From IMG/VR virus record IMGVR_UViG_3300020331_000002: DNA of 64,000 bases. The stretch is one strand, 5' to 3'. The stretch is from a virus. Lineage: Duplodnaviria > Caudoviricetes. How positions within the stretch are numbered: the stretch's first letter is position 1; each line of letters begins with the position of its first letter. The notes beneath the pieces were generated by a model that worked only from the letters and a program-made list of their open reading frames with translations, did not search any database and was not told where the DNA came from. The translations under genes were made by a program, and so were the position numbers. Below are positions 44,041 through 55,190 of the stretch, piece after piece.

Positions 44041-47000
44041 TTAGCCTCTATAATATTTCGGATGTGCAATCTCTACCTGGAACTGAGGGTCTTGTTCAAA
44101 GAACTTATTAAAGTAATTATCCGGGATCGGCTTTTCAAACGCCGGTATTAAGTCAGCGACATCTTGCGGTGTAACATCAGGCTCAATCACAGGCCATTTA
44201 AAATCGAACGTATCGACACGGAATTTAACGGTATTGTCTATCTCCGGTATTATACCGTAACGTAATCGACCGTTTCTTCTCCCTTCAAGCGTCTGCGGTG
44301 CGTATTGGATAAGTCCGTCCTCTGCGACGATACGAACACCGTCGCCATACTTTAATTCTTCCAGTGCTGCTGTCGGCCACTCGACTGCCTCGACTTTCGC
44401 ATTACCTATATCAAGCACGGTAAGGACCCCGTCTACCGGATCATGTTCTTGCGCTTGTATAGGATGCATCTGCTTAAGTACGTCTGGCAGATCTGTAATA
44501 AGCGAGTTGGACGTAATCGTAACAAGATCCTGCCTATAATAATGATCTTCTACTGCGTAAACGTCGGCCGCCTCGTCGAACCTTGCCGGTATCATATCAG
44601 CTTTAAACACATATGGACGGTTTCCGACGTCGTCGAGCAGCATACCGACTACCGGTATGTATTTGTCGTGTTCTGCTAGTACTGATACTACAAGATGGCG
44701 CGCCCACACGTCTGATTCTAAGTGGTGATCTATGGCCTCAGGCGCTAAATCGTCTGCCTCATAGGATACCGCTACAGCCTTCATAATCGCTTGAGTGTCT
44801 GTAATATACGATTTTACTACCCTGTCAAATGAAACAGTACTGATATCGAATACCGGTCTGATGTCCAGATGCTCGGGAACATCGTCACGGTAGCCGGTTT
44901 TTAACGGCCCTGTATCGACATGAACCTTAAACGGGTTGTACATTAAAGCGACATTGTCGTGATGGTATAGATCTTCAACAGGGGTTTGCTTATCTGTGAG
45001 TACCCACTTATCGTCGAATATGGCTTCTACCAAACCAGGAACAGTAGCAACTTCGTGATCTATCTCATATGCCGTATGCTGATATTGTTGGTCTATTATG
45101 TAGAAAGTGCCTTGCAATCTAGTCGGCGCCGCTATTGCAGGGCGGGAATATACTGGCTTGCCGTCTACATGATAATAATAATCAAACACCTTATGTTCAA
45201 GGTGTTCCGGCATATGCTCCCAACCATTATAGTCGGGGTCATAACCAAAGAGCGTATCTATGTCACGGCGAGCGTATTGGCCCCAAACCGGAACCGACTC
45301 TGTCCATGGCGTGCCTTCATACGGGTTCCATGCTTCTATCGGCGTGCCGGGCGAAGACATATGCGGATCGGTTACGTGACCTACTCGCATCGGCTCAGGT
45401 TCGTAATCATCAGCTGACTGGAAATCGAAGCCCCACTCCAGGATAACAGGATCTGAATCCCTGTTATCGATGTCACCTGCGCCGAATTCTGTGCTCAAAA
45501 CGTAACGTGTATTCCGCGAAAGTACTGGCCGAAACACCGCGCGTTGTGCTGTGTTAGTCACAACAGGGCGCACTCTATCTAGCACCACGCCTTCGCTGTC
45601 TTTCAGAACTAGCCACTTGACGTCATCGGGGTTGGTAAACACAGTGTTGCCTTTAGCAAACAACACTGTCAGTTTTACTTCACGATCCTCGGTTTCAAAG
45701 TCTATGTCATTAGGGTAAACACTATACCCGTCAGGATCATCTAGCGAGTTTAAGATAATTCCTGCGCTAGAGGACGTAGAGTATAATCTATTTGCATTTA
45801 ATTCAGGCAGAGCATCAGCGCCATCATCGTACTTGGCATCTCTAGACCAACCTTTGAATTGGTGATCTAAGGTGTTAACCGGCGACGCTGCGTTGCCACT
45901 TGCTGCGGCTAGTAACTCAGGCACAGTTAGCGGCCAGTTATAGGCAGTAATATCCTGCACAACTAGGTTCGGGTTTATGTTTGCCAAACTACTCACTACA
46001 CCAAGTGACAGATGATGCGTGCGCATCATTCCTTGGTCAAGCGGCAGAGTTGTTTCTTGAATACAACGTTCATTTACATACACTCGTATCAGTCCTCTAT
46101 CATATACAATACTTATAAGAACTCGCTCGTTATATTTTGTTGCGCTTGCCATTGCTGTATGGATTCTATCAGCTACGTTCAGCTTTAGTGGACCATCGTT
46201 TACGTCTTTTACAAAAGCGCCGTCAGACGAAACACCGTCGCGCCATATACCGATTGTTCTCGGAAATATGTCATGCTCGGTCGGCACGCCCCACAATATA
46301 TCATGCTGTGCAAAAACGCCTATACCACCGTCTTGTGCTGGATTGTTGGTTTCTTGCCATGCATTAGTCCTGATACTCAAAGTCCATTGATCGTACGTCT
46401 GTGGCGCTAGAGCACAGCTATCTATACTATACCAACCAGCAGGATACATACCGTATGTGCCGTCTGGGAATTGATATTTCGCAGGGTCACCATTATTGCG
46501 CGAGTCCAAGTCAGTACGCTTAAATCGCAATACATCATAATACGTATTATCCGGTGTATCGAAAGACACCATCATCGAACGTCCTTTTTCTCGCGTATCC
46601 TTACCGACTAACGAATGGGCAAATACGAACCGTCTTATAGTAATTTCAGAACTCGGATCCTGGTGCGGGTCATAGAACTCTACTTTATACGTGCCGGCGT
46701 ATGGTACTTCTATATCATACCATCTAGACTCAGTCTCAACCGCAGGATCATATTCTGTGTCAGATATAATTTTAGCGGTTGTCAGGTTATGAAGTCGTAA
46801 CGTCGTGCGATCAGTGTTGCCATGTGTCGAGTCAATATACACACGCACTCGGGCAGGTCCAGAAGCTTGGAACGATACATATTCGCCATGCGCAAATACC
46901 AAATCAGTTCTATCTGATGAAAAGTCATATGCGGCATTTATTAGATTATTGACCGACTGTACTGCTGCCGAACGCACTACTACGTTAGATATATCAAGCA

Positions 47001-50000
47001 ACTCACCAGTCGGTGCAGCAACGCCGACCGTACCGATCACACTGTCGAGTATGTCCACCGCGTCATTACCGCCCAATTGAATAAACATCATATCAGTACC
47101 ATCAATTACCCTATCAAACACAATGAGGTCAGATACCGTGTCTGTGTAATCGTACGGCGACACAGGGAATATAACTGATTTCGGTGTCAGGTATAATGCC
47201 TCTGGGTTCACGTAGTCACTGATCACAAGACGGTTACCCAAGTAAATTTTAATGTTATCGCCGCGTACCGTATATGTTAGCCACAAATCGCCGTTGAGAT
47301 CTAAATCACCAGATTTTACTACCAGTAAATCGTCGCTAGCAACGCGCAGGTCAGTGCCGCCGAACAGTCTATTAGAGCGTGCATCAGTAGCATCATTTGA
47401 AAATTTAACAACCCATTCCTCTAGGCCTGACCCTGTGCCTTCTATATCGAAATTAGTTTGATTAGTCTTACCAATTCGCATAAAATCACGCACATTGACA
47501 GTCGAACCGACGGCCTTGTTTAACTTCAACACCACGGTATATTCATCTAGAACATCAGTTAAGCCAAATGCATCTAGAGTCATACCAAACCTGTTAGCTA
47601 GTTCGCCAGGCGTCCAGTTGTACACTGCACCATCAAGTGCCTTAGTACCTGCCGGTATACCTGTTCCTGTAGTTAAGTTGCTGATATATGTTGGCGAGTT
47701 TTCATTATTGGCCAGGTGCAAGACCCGACGAGTGACACCTTTGCCGGCGCCAATGGTCTCGATAACCAAATCGTTTGTTTCGTATACCAGAATGCTTTCT
47801 AATCTAGAATCGACCTGGTAATCAAAGTCGTTGGACATAGAGAACTTATACGTGCCCGGAGGTAGCAAGTCCGGCATTAACCATGTATCACCACCGACGT
47901 GCTTGAACGTAGGGTCATCCGTATCCGCTGTGGTCCAGGTGTCACCTGTTGCTATATTTTCTATGACCACAGGCGCGTGATACTCGTCTTTCGCGTTCCA
48001 GACAAGCTGCATGTACGACGGCTCATCTAAAGTGTATAACTGTGTGCCAAACTTTAACCTAGCATCTGTTTCTAATACAGCGCCGTGGAATCGGGTTGAG
48101 CGCTTGCCGCCGAAATCGCAGCGCCAGACGCGTTCCAGATTAAACCATCTACGACCGACGAAGTTATAATCACCCCACTGCCTAGTTGTATTTGAGCGAG
48201 TTGTGTTTGTTCTGTACCCGTCGTAAACTGGGTTCATATAGTATCCGTTTAAGCCGTCTTCGAATATATCGCCTGCAGGTATTCTATAAAACTGCATACC
48301 ACGCGGGATACCAGTGGCCGGGTGACTGAATTCATCATAGAATCCAGCGCGTGCACGAATCGCATGTACTTCGACCGGATCATCTGTCTTAAATTCAACA
48401 ACAAAGTACCCTGGATACAAGTATCGTTCTCGCCAATATGCTCGTCTACTTAACTTTGCTGCGGTAAGACTTGTAGTCGGTTCCATGTATTCGTCATGTA
48501 TGTTCGGGGCAACCCACGGACCTGTTTTCAAATAATTACTTGCGTCGCGTGGTATTGAGCTGCCGCCGGCTGCAAGTGGGTTACCTTTATACCCATATGC
48601 CAACGGATTTCCCAGATAGTTACCGAACTTGCCCGGTAGTTTTTGCATAAAGCCTGATGAGTTAGGGTCGTCTAGCGCCGACTCTATTAAACTAATCGTA
48701 TACGGTATAGGGTCGCCGTTCTTATCATAAAACGTAATTTCGCCTATCGTCGCACCAGTGTTATAGAAATTCCACCAGTAGTGTCCTGCATCATTAGTCT
48801 CTTCCCACGTAGGTTTGAGTTCAGGCACATCATTAACAGACGCAATAACAGGCATAGGACCCGGGTCAGGATTAGTAGACGGGTCGCTATCGTGGGCGTC
48901 TTTTGCAATTTGCCACTCAGCCTGTCGGCGCGCTTCCTCTGCTTGCCTGCGGTTTTCCCACTCATTTGCGTGCCAGGCGTTAGCATCGGAACGTGCACGG
49001 AAAACTTGAGTTCCAGATCCGTTACGTATCACGTCGTCTATATACGGCGGCTTTTCAACACCAATAACCATATATTTTGCAGTGAACACGTTTGTTTCGT
49101 TAACCGACGGACGATTCGCGCGAATCTGTTGCCTGTAAACCTCGCTCTCAGTATTAAACGGCCAGCCAGAATCTAACTGGTTTACGTTATCAGCTAGCAC
49201 GGTGGCGCCCTGTGTGGCTTTCCTGGTATTATACCAGTTGTTTAACATACCGATATACTGAAAGTTGCCTCCTTGTGCATCCTGGCCGCCAGTTACCCGT
49301 TTAGCAGTAACAATCTTGCCGTTTTCTGATACTGATACAAAGTTAAAGCCACCGTCGTGATGTAACGGACCCAGGCGTTCTAGATAAAACGCGTCACTTA
49401 TTGTAGTAGGCTCGGAAAATGTAAAAAGCAGGCCGTCAGTTATATCTATTTCGCGAGTAACAGTGATATAACCTACACCGCCGCCGTTATACAACAAATC
49501 GTCTGCAGAGAAGCCGGCGTATTGATCCGCAACCCAACCGTCACTTAAGCTCACAGTAAGATTCTCATACTCACTAACCTGTGATCCAGATGTTATTAAT
49601 GAGCCGTAATCATAAACGTAACCCTCTGCGTCAATAAACCCCCAAGCCCCTATGAACGCGTCAGACGGGCCGCTTGCTGTTGCGAAACCGGTTAATGCAA
49701 TATTCTTTATGGCAAGAACGTTGTCGGCGGGCTCAAAATACGACACAGATCTATTGGTGAAATATTCAAACGGTGCGTATAACAGGTCTTCTTTTGCCAT
49801 GCGTAAGCGTGCGCCCCAGCCAGGCGGGAGCGTAACCGCGGGAGCAAGGAGACCGGTAGTAAGATCGCCGTCTTCCAGGATAGTTCCGTAACCTGTATCA
49901 TAACCGTTTTTAGCTATCAATACTTGGTTGGTAGAAGCGTCTACCAGAAACTGTATAACGTCGCCTTTATAAAATCCAGGCACATCGAATGTCGTGGCCG

Positions 50001-50451
50001 AAACAGACCCGTTACTATAGACTGAGTTAGTTCTTGAATCATAACCCACACTCACTAAGCCTTGATCGAACTGCTTGTCGCCTAATGCGAATACGTTTAT
50101 TCTACGATCATTTAGAATACCTATATCAGCTAGACCAACACGCGCCGACCATTCATCGACTGAGTTTTCCGGGTAGGCTTCTGCTTCAGTAATTTCTATT
50201 TCAAAATAGAACAGTTTGTTAGTTTTAAAGTCAAGCACTGTATCAGCTAGAACCATACCGAAGCTTCGTTCAATTAACTCTAACTGAGGTGCGCTGCCGT
50301 AACTCACGTACGGATCGGAGTATGTATTCATTACAGACTCTTGGTCTTCCGATATAACAAATCTAGACTGCTTAGCATGTCTTGGTACCAAATCAGGATT
50401 AAAGCCTGGCTTTAGTGTAGAAGTGCTATGTGGTATTTTTAACTGTGCCAT
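44041..50451 (-). CDS. very large virion/tail protein with N-terminal SPRY and LamG-like domains
   Basis: 2136 aa; YFEIEI...RVGLA...GDVIQFLVD SPRY pattern; concanavalin-like repeats. Confidence 0.7.
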   Translation of the reverse strand: MAQLKIPHSTSTLKPGFNPDLVPRHAKQSRFVISEDQESVMNTYSDPYVSYGSAPQLELIERSFGMVLADTVLDFKTNKLFYFEIEITEAEAYPENSVDEWSARVGLADIGILNDRRINVFALGDKQFDQGLVSVGYDSRTNSVYSNGSVSATTFDVPGFYKGDVIQFLVDASTNQVLIAKNGYDTGYGTILEDGDLTTGLLAPAVTLPPGWGARLRMAKEDLLYAPFEYFTNRSVSYFEPADNVLAIKNIALTGFATASGPSDAFIGAWGFIDAEGYVYDYGSLITSGSQVSEYENLTVSLSDGWVADQYAGFSADDLLYNGGGVGYITVTREIDITDGLLFTFSEPTTISDAFYLERLGPLHHDGGFNFVSVSENGKIVTAKRVTGGQDAQGGNFQYIGMLNNWYNTRKATQGATVLADNVNQLDSGWPFNTESEVYRQQIRANRPSVNETNVFTAKYMVIGVEKPPYIDDVIRNGSGTQVFRARSDANAWHANEWENRRQAEEARRQAEWQIAKDAHDSDPSTNPDPGPMPVIASVNDVPELKPTWEETNDAGHYWWNFYNTGATIGEITFYDKNGDPIPYTISLIESALDDPNSSGFMQKLPGKFGNYLGNPLAYGYKGNPLAAGGSSIPRDASNYLKTGPWVAPNIHDEYMEPTTSLTAAKLSRRAYWRERYLYPGYFVVEFKTDDPVEVHAIRARAGFYDEFSHPATGIPRGMQFYRIPAGDIFEDGLNGYYMNPVYDGYRTNTTRSNTTRQWGDYNFVGRRWFNLERVWRCDFGGKRSTRFHGAVLETDARLKFGTQLYTLDEPSYMQLVWNAKDEYHAPVVIENIATGDTWTTADTDDPTFKHVGGDTWLMPDLLPPGTYKFSMSNDFDYQVDSRLESILVYETNDLVIETIGAGKGVTRRVLHLANNENSPTYISNLTTGTGIPAGTKALDGAVYNWTPGELANRFGMTLDAFGLTDVLDEYTVVLKLNKAVGSTVNVRDFMRIGKTNQTNFDIEGTGSGLEEWVVKFSNDATDARSNRLFGGTDLRVASDDLLVVKSGDLDLNGDLWLTYTVRGDNIKIYLGNRLVISDYVNPEALYLTPKSVIFPVSPYDYTDTVSDLIVFDRVIDGTDMMFIQLGGNDAVDILDSVIGTVGVAAPTGELLDISNVVVRSAAVQSVNNLINAAYDFSSDRTDLVFAHGEYVSFQASGPARVRVYIDSTHGNTDRTTLRLHNLTTAKIISDTEYDPAVETESRWYDIEVPYAGTYKVEFYDPHQDPSSEITIRRFVFAHSLVGKDTREKGRSMMVSFDTPDNTYYDVLRFKRTDLDSRNNGDPAKYQFPDGTYGMYPAGWYSIDSCALAPQTYDQWTLSIRTNAWQETNNPAQDGGIGVFAQHDILWGVPTEHDIFPRTIGIWRDGVSSDGAFVKDVNDGPLKLNVADRIHTAMASATKYNERVLISIVYDRGLIRVYVNERCIQETTLPLDQGMMRTHHLSLGVVSSLANINPNLVVQDITAYNWPLTVPELLAAASGNAASPVNTLDHQFKGWSRDAKYDDGADALPELNANRLYSTSSSAGIILNSLDDPDGYSVYPNDIDFETEDREVKLTVLFAKGNTVFTNPDDVKWLVLKDSEGVVLDRVRPVVTNTAQRAVFRPVLSRNTRYVLSTEFGAGDIDNRDSDPVILEWGFDFQSADDYEPEPMRVGHVTDPHMSSPGTPIEAWNPYEGTPWTESVPVWGQYARRDIDTLFGYDPDYNGWEHMPEHLEHKVFDYYYHVDGKPVYSRPAIAAPTRLQGTFYIIDQQYQHTAYEIDHEVATVPGLVEAIFDDKWVLTDKQTPVEDLYHHDNVALMYNPFKVHVDTGPLKTGYRDDVPEHLDIRPVFDISTVSFDRVVKSYITDTQAIMKAVAVSYEADDLAPEAIDHHLESDVWARHLVVSVLAEHDKYIPVVGMLLDDVGNRPYVFKADMIPARFDEAADVYAVEDHYYRQDLVTITSNSLITDLPDVLKQMHPIQAQEHDPVDGVLTVLDIGNAKVEAVEWPTAALEELKYGDGVRIVAEDGLIQYAPQTLEGRRNGRLRYGIIPEIDNTVKFRVDTFDFKWPVIEPDVTPQDVADLIPAFEKPIPDNYFNKFFEQDPQFQVEIAHPKYYRG

Positions 50452-50500
50452 TAATTTACCTATTTATATTTTAATAATATTTAGTTTGACAGCCAGGCAT

Positions 50501-50527
50501 AAAAAAAGCGCCCACGGGCGCTTTTTT
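50501..50527. terminator. bidirectional terminator
   Basis: A7-GCGCCC-AC-GGGCGC-T6. Confidence 0.85.
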
Positions 50528-50539
50528 ACTTTTTACACA

Positions 50540-51979
50540 TTAGCCGTCGATTATAGCTAAACGGTAACCAGGGTTACCGGCTGTGTCAGTTTCATATGCC
50601 CAGATACGATAGTCTTGGTTGTTAACAGTCAACGCGTGGTGAGTTTGACCAACACCTGACGTAAGCAAGTAAACACCAGTGCCTGAACTTATATCGCCGC
50701 CAAAGTGACCTAGTCCGATGTTGTGTGCGCCGAACGGGATTAGAATCGGCTGATATGCCAAGCTTGAATCTAAGTGCAAGTTAACGTCTAGTCCTAGTGC
50801 GCCAACGATATCGTTAGGATCAGTAATACGAGGACCAACACCGCCAGAAGCAGTACCGTAAGATGGTGAAGCGCCACCTAGAGTCGACAGTTGCATCATG
50901 CAGTAATCGACACTCGAATCCATGTTGTATTCGCCGAAATCATTTATACACTTAAAGTAATCATAGCGCTCATACGCCGTGCCTATATTTTTCAAGTTAG
51001 GCATAGAGTCAAACTTAAAGAAAGGCATAACTGATGGGCCACCGCCACCGCCGAGGCTGTTAGTCAACATTTCAGTCGAAATAGGCACAGTAGTAAACAC
51101 ATACGGGTCATACGCGTTTTCAATCGTGTCCCATGGACTTAGACGGGTGTGTTCGAATAAGAATGGCGAGCCTGAGCTCGTAGACAAGTTATTGTAAAAC
51201 GACTGGAAACCCACGTGACGATCAGACGCTGTAATAAGAAGCATCGTCTCACCTTGCGCTTGTTTGAAAGCGAAGCTGATTTGTTCTTTATGTAGACGCC
51301 AGTTAGCACTGTTATTCAAGTCTTCAGCACGCGGCACACCAGATCCATCGTTATACGGGTTATAAAGTCCGTTATTGATTACTTTGTTTGAGCCCGTGGA
51401 GAATACCATGTTGTGGTATGCCGGGTAAATTTCGCCATTAATGCCGGACACTGCTGGATCCGGTGTAGCACCGACTGATGTCCACTGCGGTCCGTTAACT
51501 TTCAGAGTCGCATCATCTACATGAGCATGGAAGCGCACTAATACACAGCGGTCCATTCGTACTGTACGAACGCCAGTACCGTTTTCATCAAGTGTTGCCA
51601 TGCCTTCTACTGTAGAAGAGCCCGGATTAGCGTTAGCAAAAAAGTCCCACGATATGCCTTCTCCGGAAGGATCACCGGGCGGAACGCCTAGTCCAGGAAG
51701 CCTTTGCGGAATAAATAGTTCCATATAACGGAAGCGCGTCGGGTCATCAGACATTGGCTGTTTTAAGAACACACTCTTGTCAGCGCCTGCGGTGTTTTGT
51801 AACCTACCTTGCTCTACCCAGTTAGACGTGGTAACAGTAGTACTGATATAACTATCGTCCGGCTGGATACGAGCGCTTAGGGTCGCAATGTTGGTTTCGC
51901 CAGTTAACACACGGGCGATGTCGTTCATTACATCTACTGGATCGACATTTTCAATGTCATAGTGTAGAGCTGCGTACAT
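50540..51979 (-). CDS. putative virion structural protein
   Basis: 479 aa, Gly/Ser/Asn-rich; TAAATA at 52019-52024. Confidence 0.6.
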   Translation of the reverse strand: MYAALHYDIENVDPVDVMNDIARVLTGETNIATLSARIQPDDSYISTTVTTSNWVEQGRLQNTAGADKSVFLKQPMSDDPTRFRYMELFIPQRLPGLGVPPGDPSGEGISWDFFANANPGSSTVEGMATLDENGTGVRTVRMDRCVLVRFHAHVDDATLKVNGPQWTSVGATPDPAVSGINGEIYPAYHNMVFSTGSNKVINNGLYNPYNDGSGVPRAEDLNNSANWRLHKEQISFAFKQAQGETMLLITASDRHVGFQSFYNNLSTSSGSPFLFEHTRLSPWDTIENAYDPYVFTTVPISTEMLTNSLGGGGGPSVMPFFKFDSMPNLKNIGTAYERYDYFKCINDFGEYNMDSSVDYCMMQLSTLGGASPSYGTASGGVGPRITDPNDIVGALGLDVNLHLDSSLAYQPILIPFGAHNIGLGHFGGDISSGTGVYLLTSGVGQTHHALTVNNQDYRIWAYETDTAGNPGYRLAIIDG

Positions 51980-52035
51980 TTTATAAATTCTCCTTGATCA
52001 AGAAATCTTATTTCTTATTATTTAGCGGTCTGGTG

Positions 52036-53316
52036 TCACAGGACTATTGTTTCTAAGTTCTTTTTTATAGACACATCAGGGTCATCGTATAGTTGCGAGC
52101 TGCGGTTATCGCCCGCAACAACATACTCAATATCCTGACCTACTTGCCTGCGTATTATTGTATGGGTGGCGCCTGTATCAAAATCAACAACATTGTTTAA
52201 TATCAACGTAGGTGACAAAATTGTTTTCTCACCGTCAGTGTCGTTAGTGTCACTGGCCACGCCCATTTGTTCGTAACCGTTGAAGCCAAAGCCCCAGAGC
52301 TCACCGTTATCGTAAAGCACAAGTGTATGGCTAGAGCCGCATTTAACTTTTACAGGTGTACCGGTAGCGCCGGTATTAATTAAAACAGGGGTACTAGTTT
52401 TGTCATGTGTTAAGAAGGTTGGGGCTGTTATATCACCTAGCTGTCCGTAGAAATTGTGCCCGAGAGCGTAAAGTTCGCCGCCTTTGATATAGACTGTATG
52501 TGCGCCGCCACATGCCACCTCGTCAACTCCGGTATCAATTGACACAGGATCAGCGTTTTGTGAGGCAGTACCAGTCTGGTATATTGCGCCTACTTGTCCG
52601 TAGCGATTATACCCTAGAGCCATTAATTTGCCGCCGTTGGTGATGTATGCTCCGTGATAGTAGCCTAGGCTTACTTTATCCGGATGAACGTCTGTTATGT
52701 TAGTCTGCATAGCAAAAACAGCACGTTGAGAAGATCCATAAAAGCCGAGTTGGCCTGATTCGTTTGCGCCAGCTGTCCAAATGTTGCCGTCAAAGTCCAT
52801 TGCCCATGAATAATAGCCGCCAGCCCATGCACGCATAACATTTCTTTTTAACGGGCCACCTGTTTCTTTAATAGTAACCGAATTATAACGAGATTCAGAG
52901 TACCCTAGTTGCCCTTGTCTGTTACTACCCGTTACATACAAAGCGCCGTTACTAGCCAATAAGAGCGCATGCTTAACGCCAGTGGATATGTCTAGTACTT
53001 TTTGTGCTTTGCCGGTAAAGTAATTGTTATCTCTGTCTAAGAGACCCCAACTACCATAGTCAGGGCTATCTTCAGTGCCGCCATCCGGTAAACCTGCTTC
53101 TTCGTTTTCGTTGGCATACTGTAGGCCAAGTTGACCATACGTGTTATCACCGCTTACATTCAATGCACCGGTTACTGGATCCAGAATAATACTGAACGCA
53201 CGACTTACGCTGTAGAGGTTAATTAGATCGGTAAGCTTTGCGTTATCGTTGACAGCTTGGCCTATTATCACACCGCCTGTGAATACCTGGGAGCCTGTTA
53301 GGGTAATTAGTGCCAT
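52036..53316 (-). CDS. RCC1-repeat (beta-propeller) protein
   Basis: Seven G-x-N-x-x-G-Q-(L/V/M)-G-type repeats and GxxH motifs. Confidence 0.92.
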   Translation of the reverse strand: MALITLTGSQVFTGGVIIGQAVNDNAKLTDLINLYSVSRAFSIILDPVTGALNVSGDNTYGQLGLQYANENEEAGLPDGGTEDSPDYGSWGLLDRDNNYFTGKAQKVLDISTGVKHALLLASNGALYVTGSNRQGQLGYSESRYNSVTIKETGGPLKRNVMRAWAGGYYSWAMDFDGNIWTAGANESGQLGFYGSSQRAVFAMQTNITDVHPDKVSLGYYHGAYITNGGKLMALGYNRYGQVGAIYQTGTASQNADPVSIDTGVDEVACGGAHTVYIKGGELYALGHNFYGQLGDITAPTFLTHDKTSTPVLINTGATGTPVKVKCGSSHTLVLYDNGELWGFGFNGYEQMGVASDTNDTDGEKTILSPTLILNNVVDFDTGATHTIIRRQVGQDIEYVVAGDNRSSQLYDDPDVSIKKNLETIVL

Positions 53317-53738
53317 TAGTCCTCCTGTGACTCTTCGGCTTCGTCTTGCATAATAGTGGAAACGAATTTGGTGAATACTCGGTCAACATAACGTTCAATC
53401 TCACTAGTCACAATCGGCTTAAGAATGTACTTGTCAACCGGCCATTTAGCGAACTCTTCTACTATGTTCTTGTCATAATACGACGTACATACTGCGACAT
53501 GAGCGTCTGTTTTCTTTTCAGTGAACATATACTCCAATGTCTTTAACCCGCTGTCCTGTGAGTCTAAACAAATGTCCTGGAATATGAGGTGATAGCTCAT
53601 TAAGTCTAATAAATTGATGGCGTTCTCTAAGTCATACGCCTGCATAACATCGGCATTACTACCTAAGGTTTTTTCGACAGCCAGCTTGATAATCTCGCTG
53701 GTGACACGGCAGTCTTCTATTATAAGCACTTTAAACAT
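53316..53738 (-). CDS. stand-alone response-regulator receiver (CheY-like)
   Basis: VLIIED, FQDICL (phospho-Asp), VCTS, ILKP motifs. Confidence 0.88.
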   Translation of the reverse strand: MFKVLIIEDCRVTSEIIKLAVEKTLGSNADVMQAYDLENAINLLDLMSYHLIFQDICLDSQDSGLKTLEYMFTEKKTDAHVAVCTSYYDKNIVEEFAKWPVDKYILKPIVTSEIERYVDRVFTKFVSTIMQDEAEESQED

Positions 53739-53870
53739 GTTTAATCCTCCGGGACAGTAAAAGAGATTGTACCGTCCGTTGTTTAAGCTTATTTAGTTGT
53801 AAAACTTCTTGACAAGTTTGAATATGAAACTAATATTAACAACGACATAGACAAACAAGAGTAAATACTT

Positions 53871-54014
53871 ATGCAACGTGATTATATCAACATGTACCAA
53901 AAAGAAGAGAAAGGCATGTCAAACGAAACAAAGTCTACCATCAAGTGGGCGCTTGCTGCGTTAGTATGTACATTCATTGTTGTATGGATGGCAGCGCCGT
54001 ACTTACTAGCGTAA
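53871..54014 (+). CDS. small membrane peptide (47 aa)
   Basis: Manual translation, one TM helix, upstream TTGACA promoter. Confidence 0.5.
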   Translation: MQRDYINMYQKEEKGMSNETKSTIKWALAALVCTFIVVWMAAPYLLA

Positions 54015-54030
54015 TAAAAGTTTTTGAAAC

Positions 54031-54054
54031 AAAAGCGCCTACGGGCGCTTTTTT
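54031..54054. terminator. bidirectional terminator
   Basis: AAAA-GCGCCT-AC-GGGCGC-T6. Confidence 0.8.
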
Positions 54055-54072
54055 GTTACCTGAAATAAATTG

Positions 54073-54120
54073 AAATTATTTTCAAATAGGTATTGTGTTT
54101 GAGTATCATTTTGCTATTAT
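54073..54120 (+). promoter_or_regulatory. phage early promoter (conserved class)
   Basis: AAATTATTTTCAAATAGGTA-TTGTGT-TTGAGTATCATTTTGC-TATTAT. Confidence 0.75.
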
Positions 54121-54169
54121 AACGATGTAGGCAATAATGCACTACGCAGACAAACAAAGGTATAAAAAT

Positions 54170-54583
54170 ATGAACACAACTACTATTAAAGTTTTACAAA
54201 TCCAACTTAGCGATGAAATGTACGACAAAGTAAACGCTGGTGAGTTTGTCCCAGAATTCATGCTTAAACGTGATATGGGCTTTGACGGTTCTGAGCGTTG
54301 GAAGCCAGAAAACATCAACGCATATACGCACGTTGCTGACGTAGTTGTTGAAGAGCGCGAAGAAGAAGCCATGCTGAATGACGCAATGGCCAAAACTCAA
54401 GACTTAAGCAACTACGGCAAAACAGTTCATCCAATTTTACCAAAGCGCAAAGTCGTGATTGACGGTGAAGAGCACGAGTTCAACAATATGGAAACGCCGA
54501 GCTCAGGTACTGTGTTTATCGTAAACGGCAACTACTACATAACCGAATTTGTTGGCTTTAAAAAAGTTACTGTTAGCCAGTAG
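54170..54583 (+). CDS. hypothetical protein (early)
   Basis: Start re-called at MNTTTIK (AAGG RBS). Confidence 0.7.
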   Translation: MNTTTIKVLQIQLSDEMYDKVNAGEFVPEFMLKRDMGFDGSERWKPENINAYTHVADVVVEEREEEAMLNDAMAKTQDLSNYGKTVHPILPKRKVVIDGEEHEFNNMETPSSGTVFIVNGNYYITEFVGFKKVTVSQ

Positions 54584-54950
54584 TTCCGCTATCCAATACG
54601 CTACAGAGCTCCGACAGGGGCTCTACATACTCCCGGATATAATTGCCGGGGGTTCTTTTATCAGCTGGACCTTTACGTTTATACGTCACTTGCCGCGCAA
54701 TGCTTTTTATCCGCTCTGATACGGGCGCGTCATAGCTGCCGTTGGTGCGCATGTTTACTTTCAACGCATGTGCTGCCTGCGACAGTGTGCGAACTTCCGT
54801 TATTAGTATCTCGTTACCGTCTGTCCCGAATTCGCGTGCTATATACTCCATGTCGCTGCGCGGATCACTTGTGTCATCTATGCATAATCCGTATGCAACA
54901 TCGTCAAATACTTGCCCTATGGTTGTTGGCAGGTGCCTCACAGTTTGCAT
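54573..54950 (-). CDS. hypothetical protein
   Basis: 125 aa convergent ORF. Confidence 0.5.
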   Translation of the reverse strand: MQTVRHLPTTIGQVFDDVAYGLCIDDTSDPRSDMEYIAREFGTDGNEILITEVRTLSQAAHALKVNMRTNGSYDAPVSERIKSIARQVTYKRKGPADKRTPGNYIREYVEPLSELCSVLDSGTTG

Positions 54951-55190
54951 ATTTTACTACCTTGATGGGTTGCCTATAGTAACACATTAGCACCGGTAAA
55001 TTTTTTTGCAAACTTTTTTATTGGAAAACCTTTTTCAAAACAAGAACCTGTTAGAAACTGAAAACTTTTTTAATTTTTTTTCCAAAAACACTTGCGCACC
55101 TGTCAAAAAGACCTATAATAGATAATGTAGGTTAAATAAGTAACCCACTAAACAAACTTTTGATTTTTTGATTTTATAAGGTAAGACATT

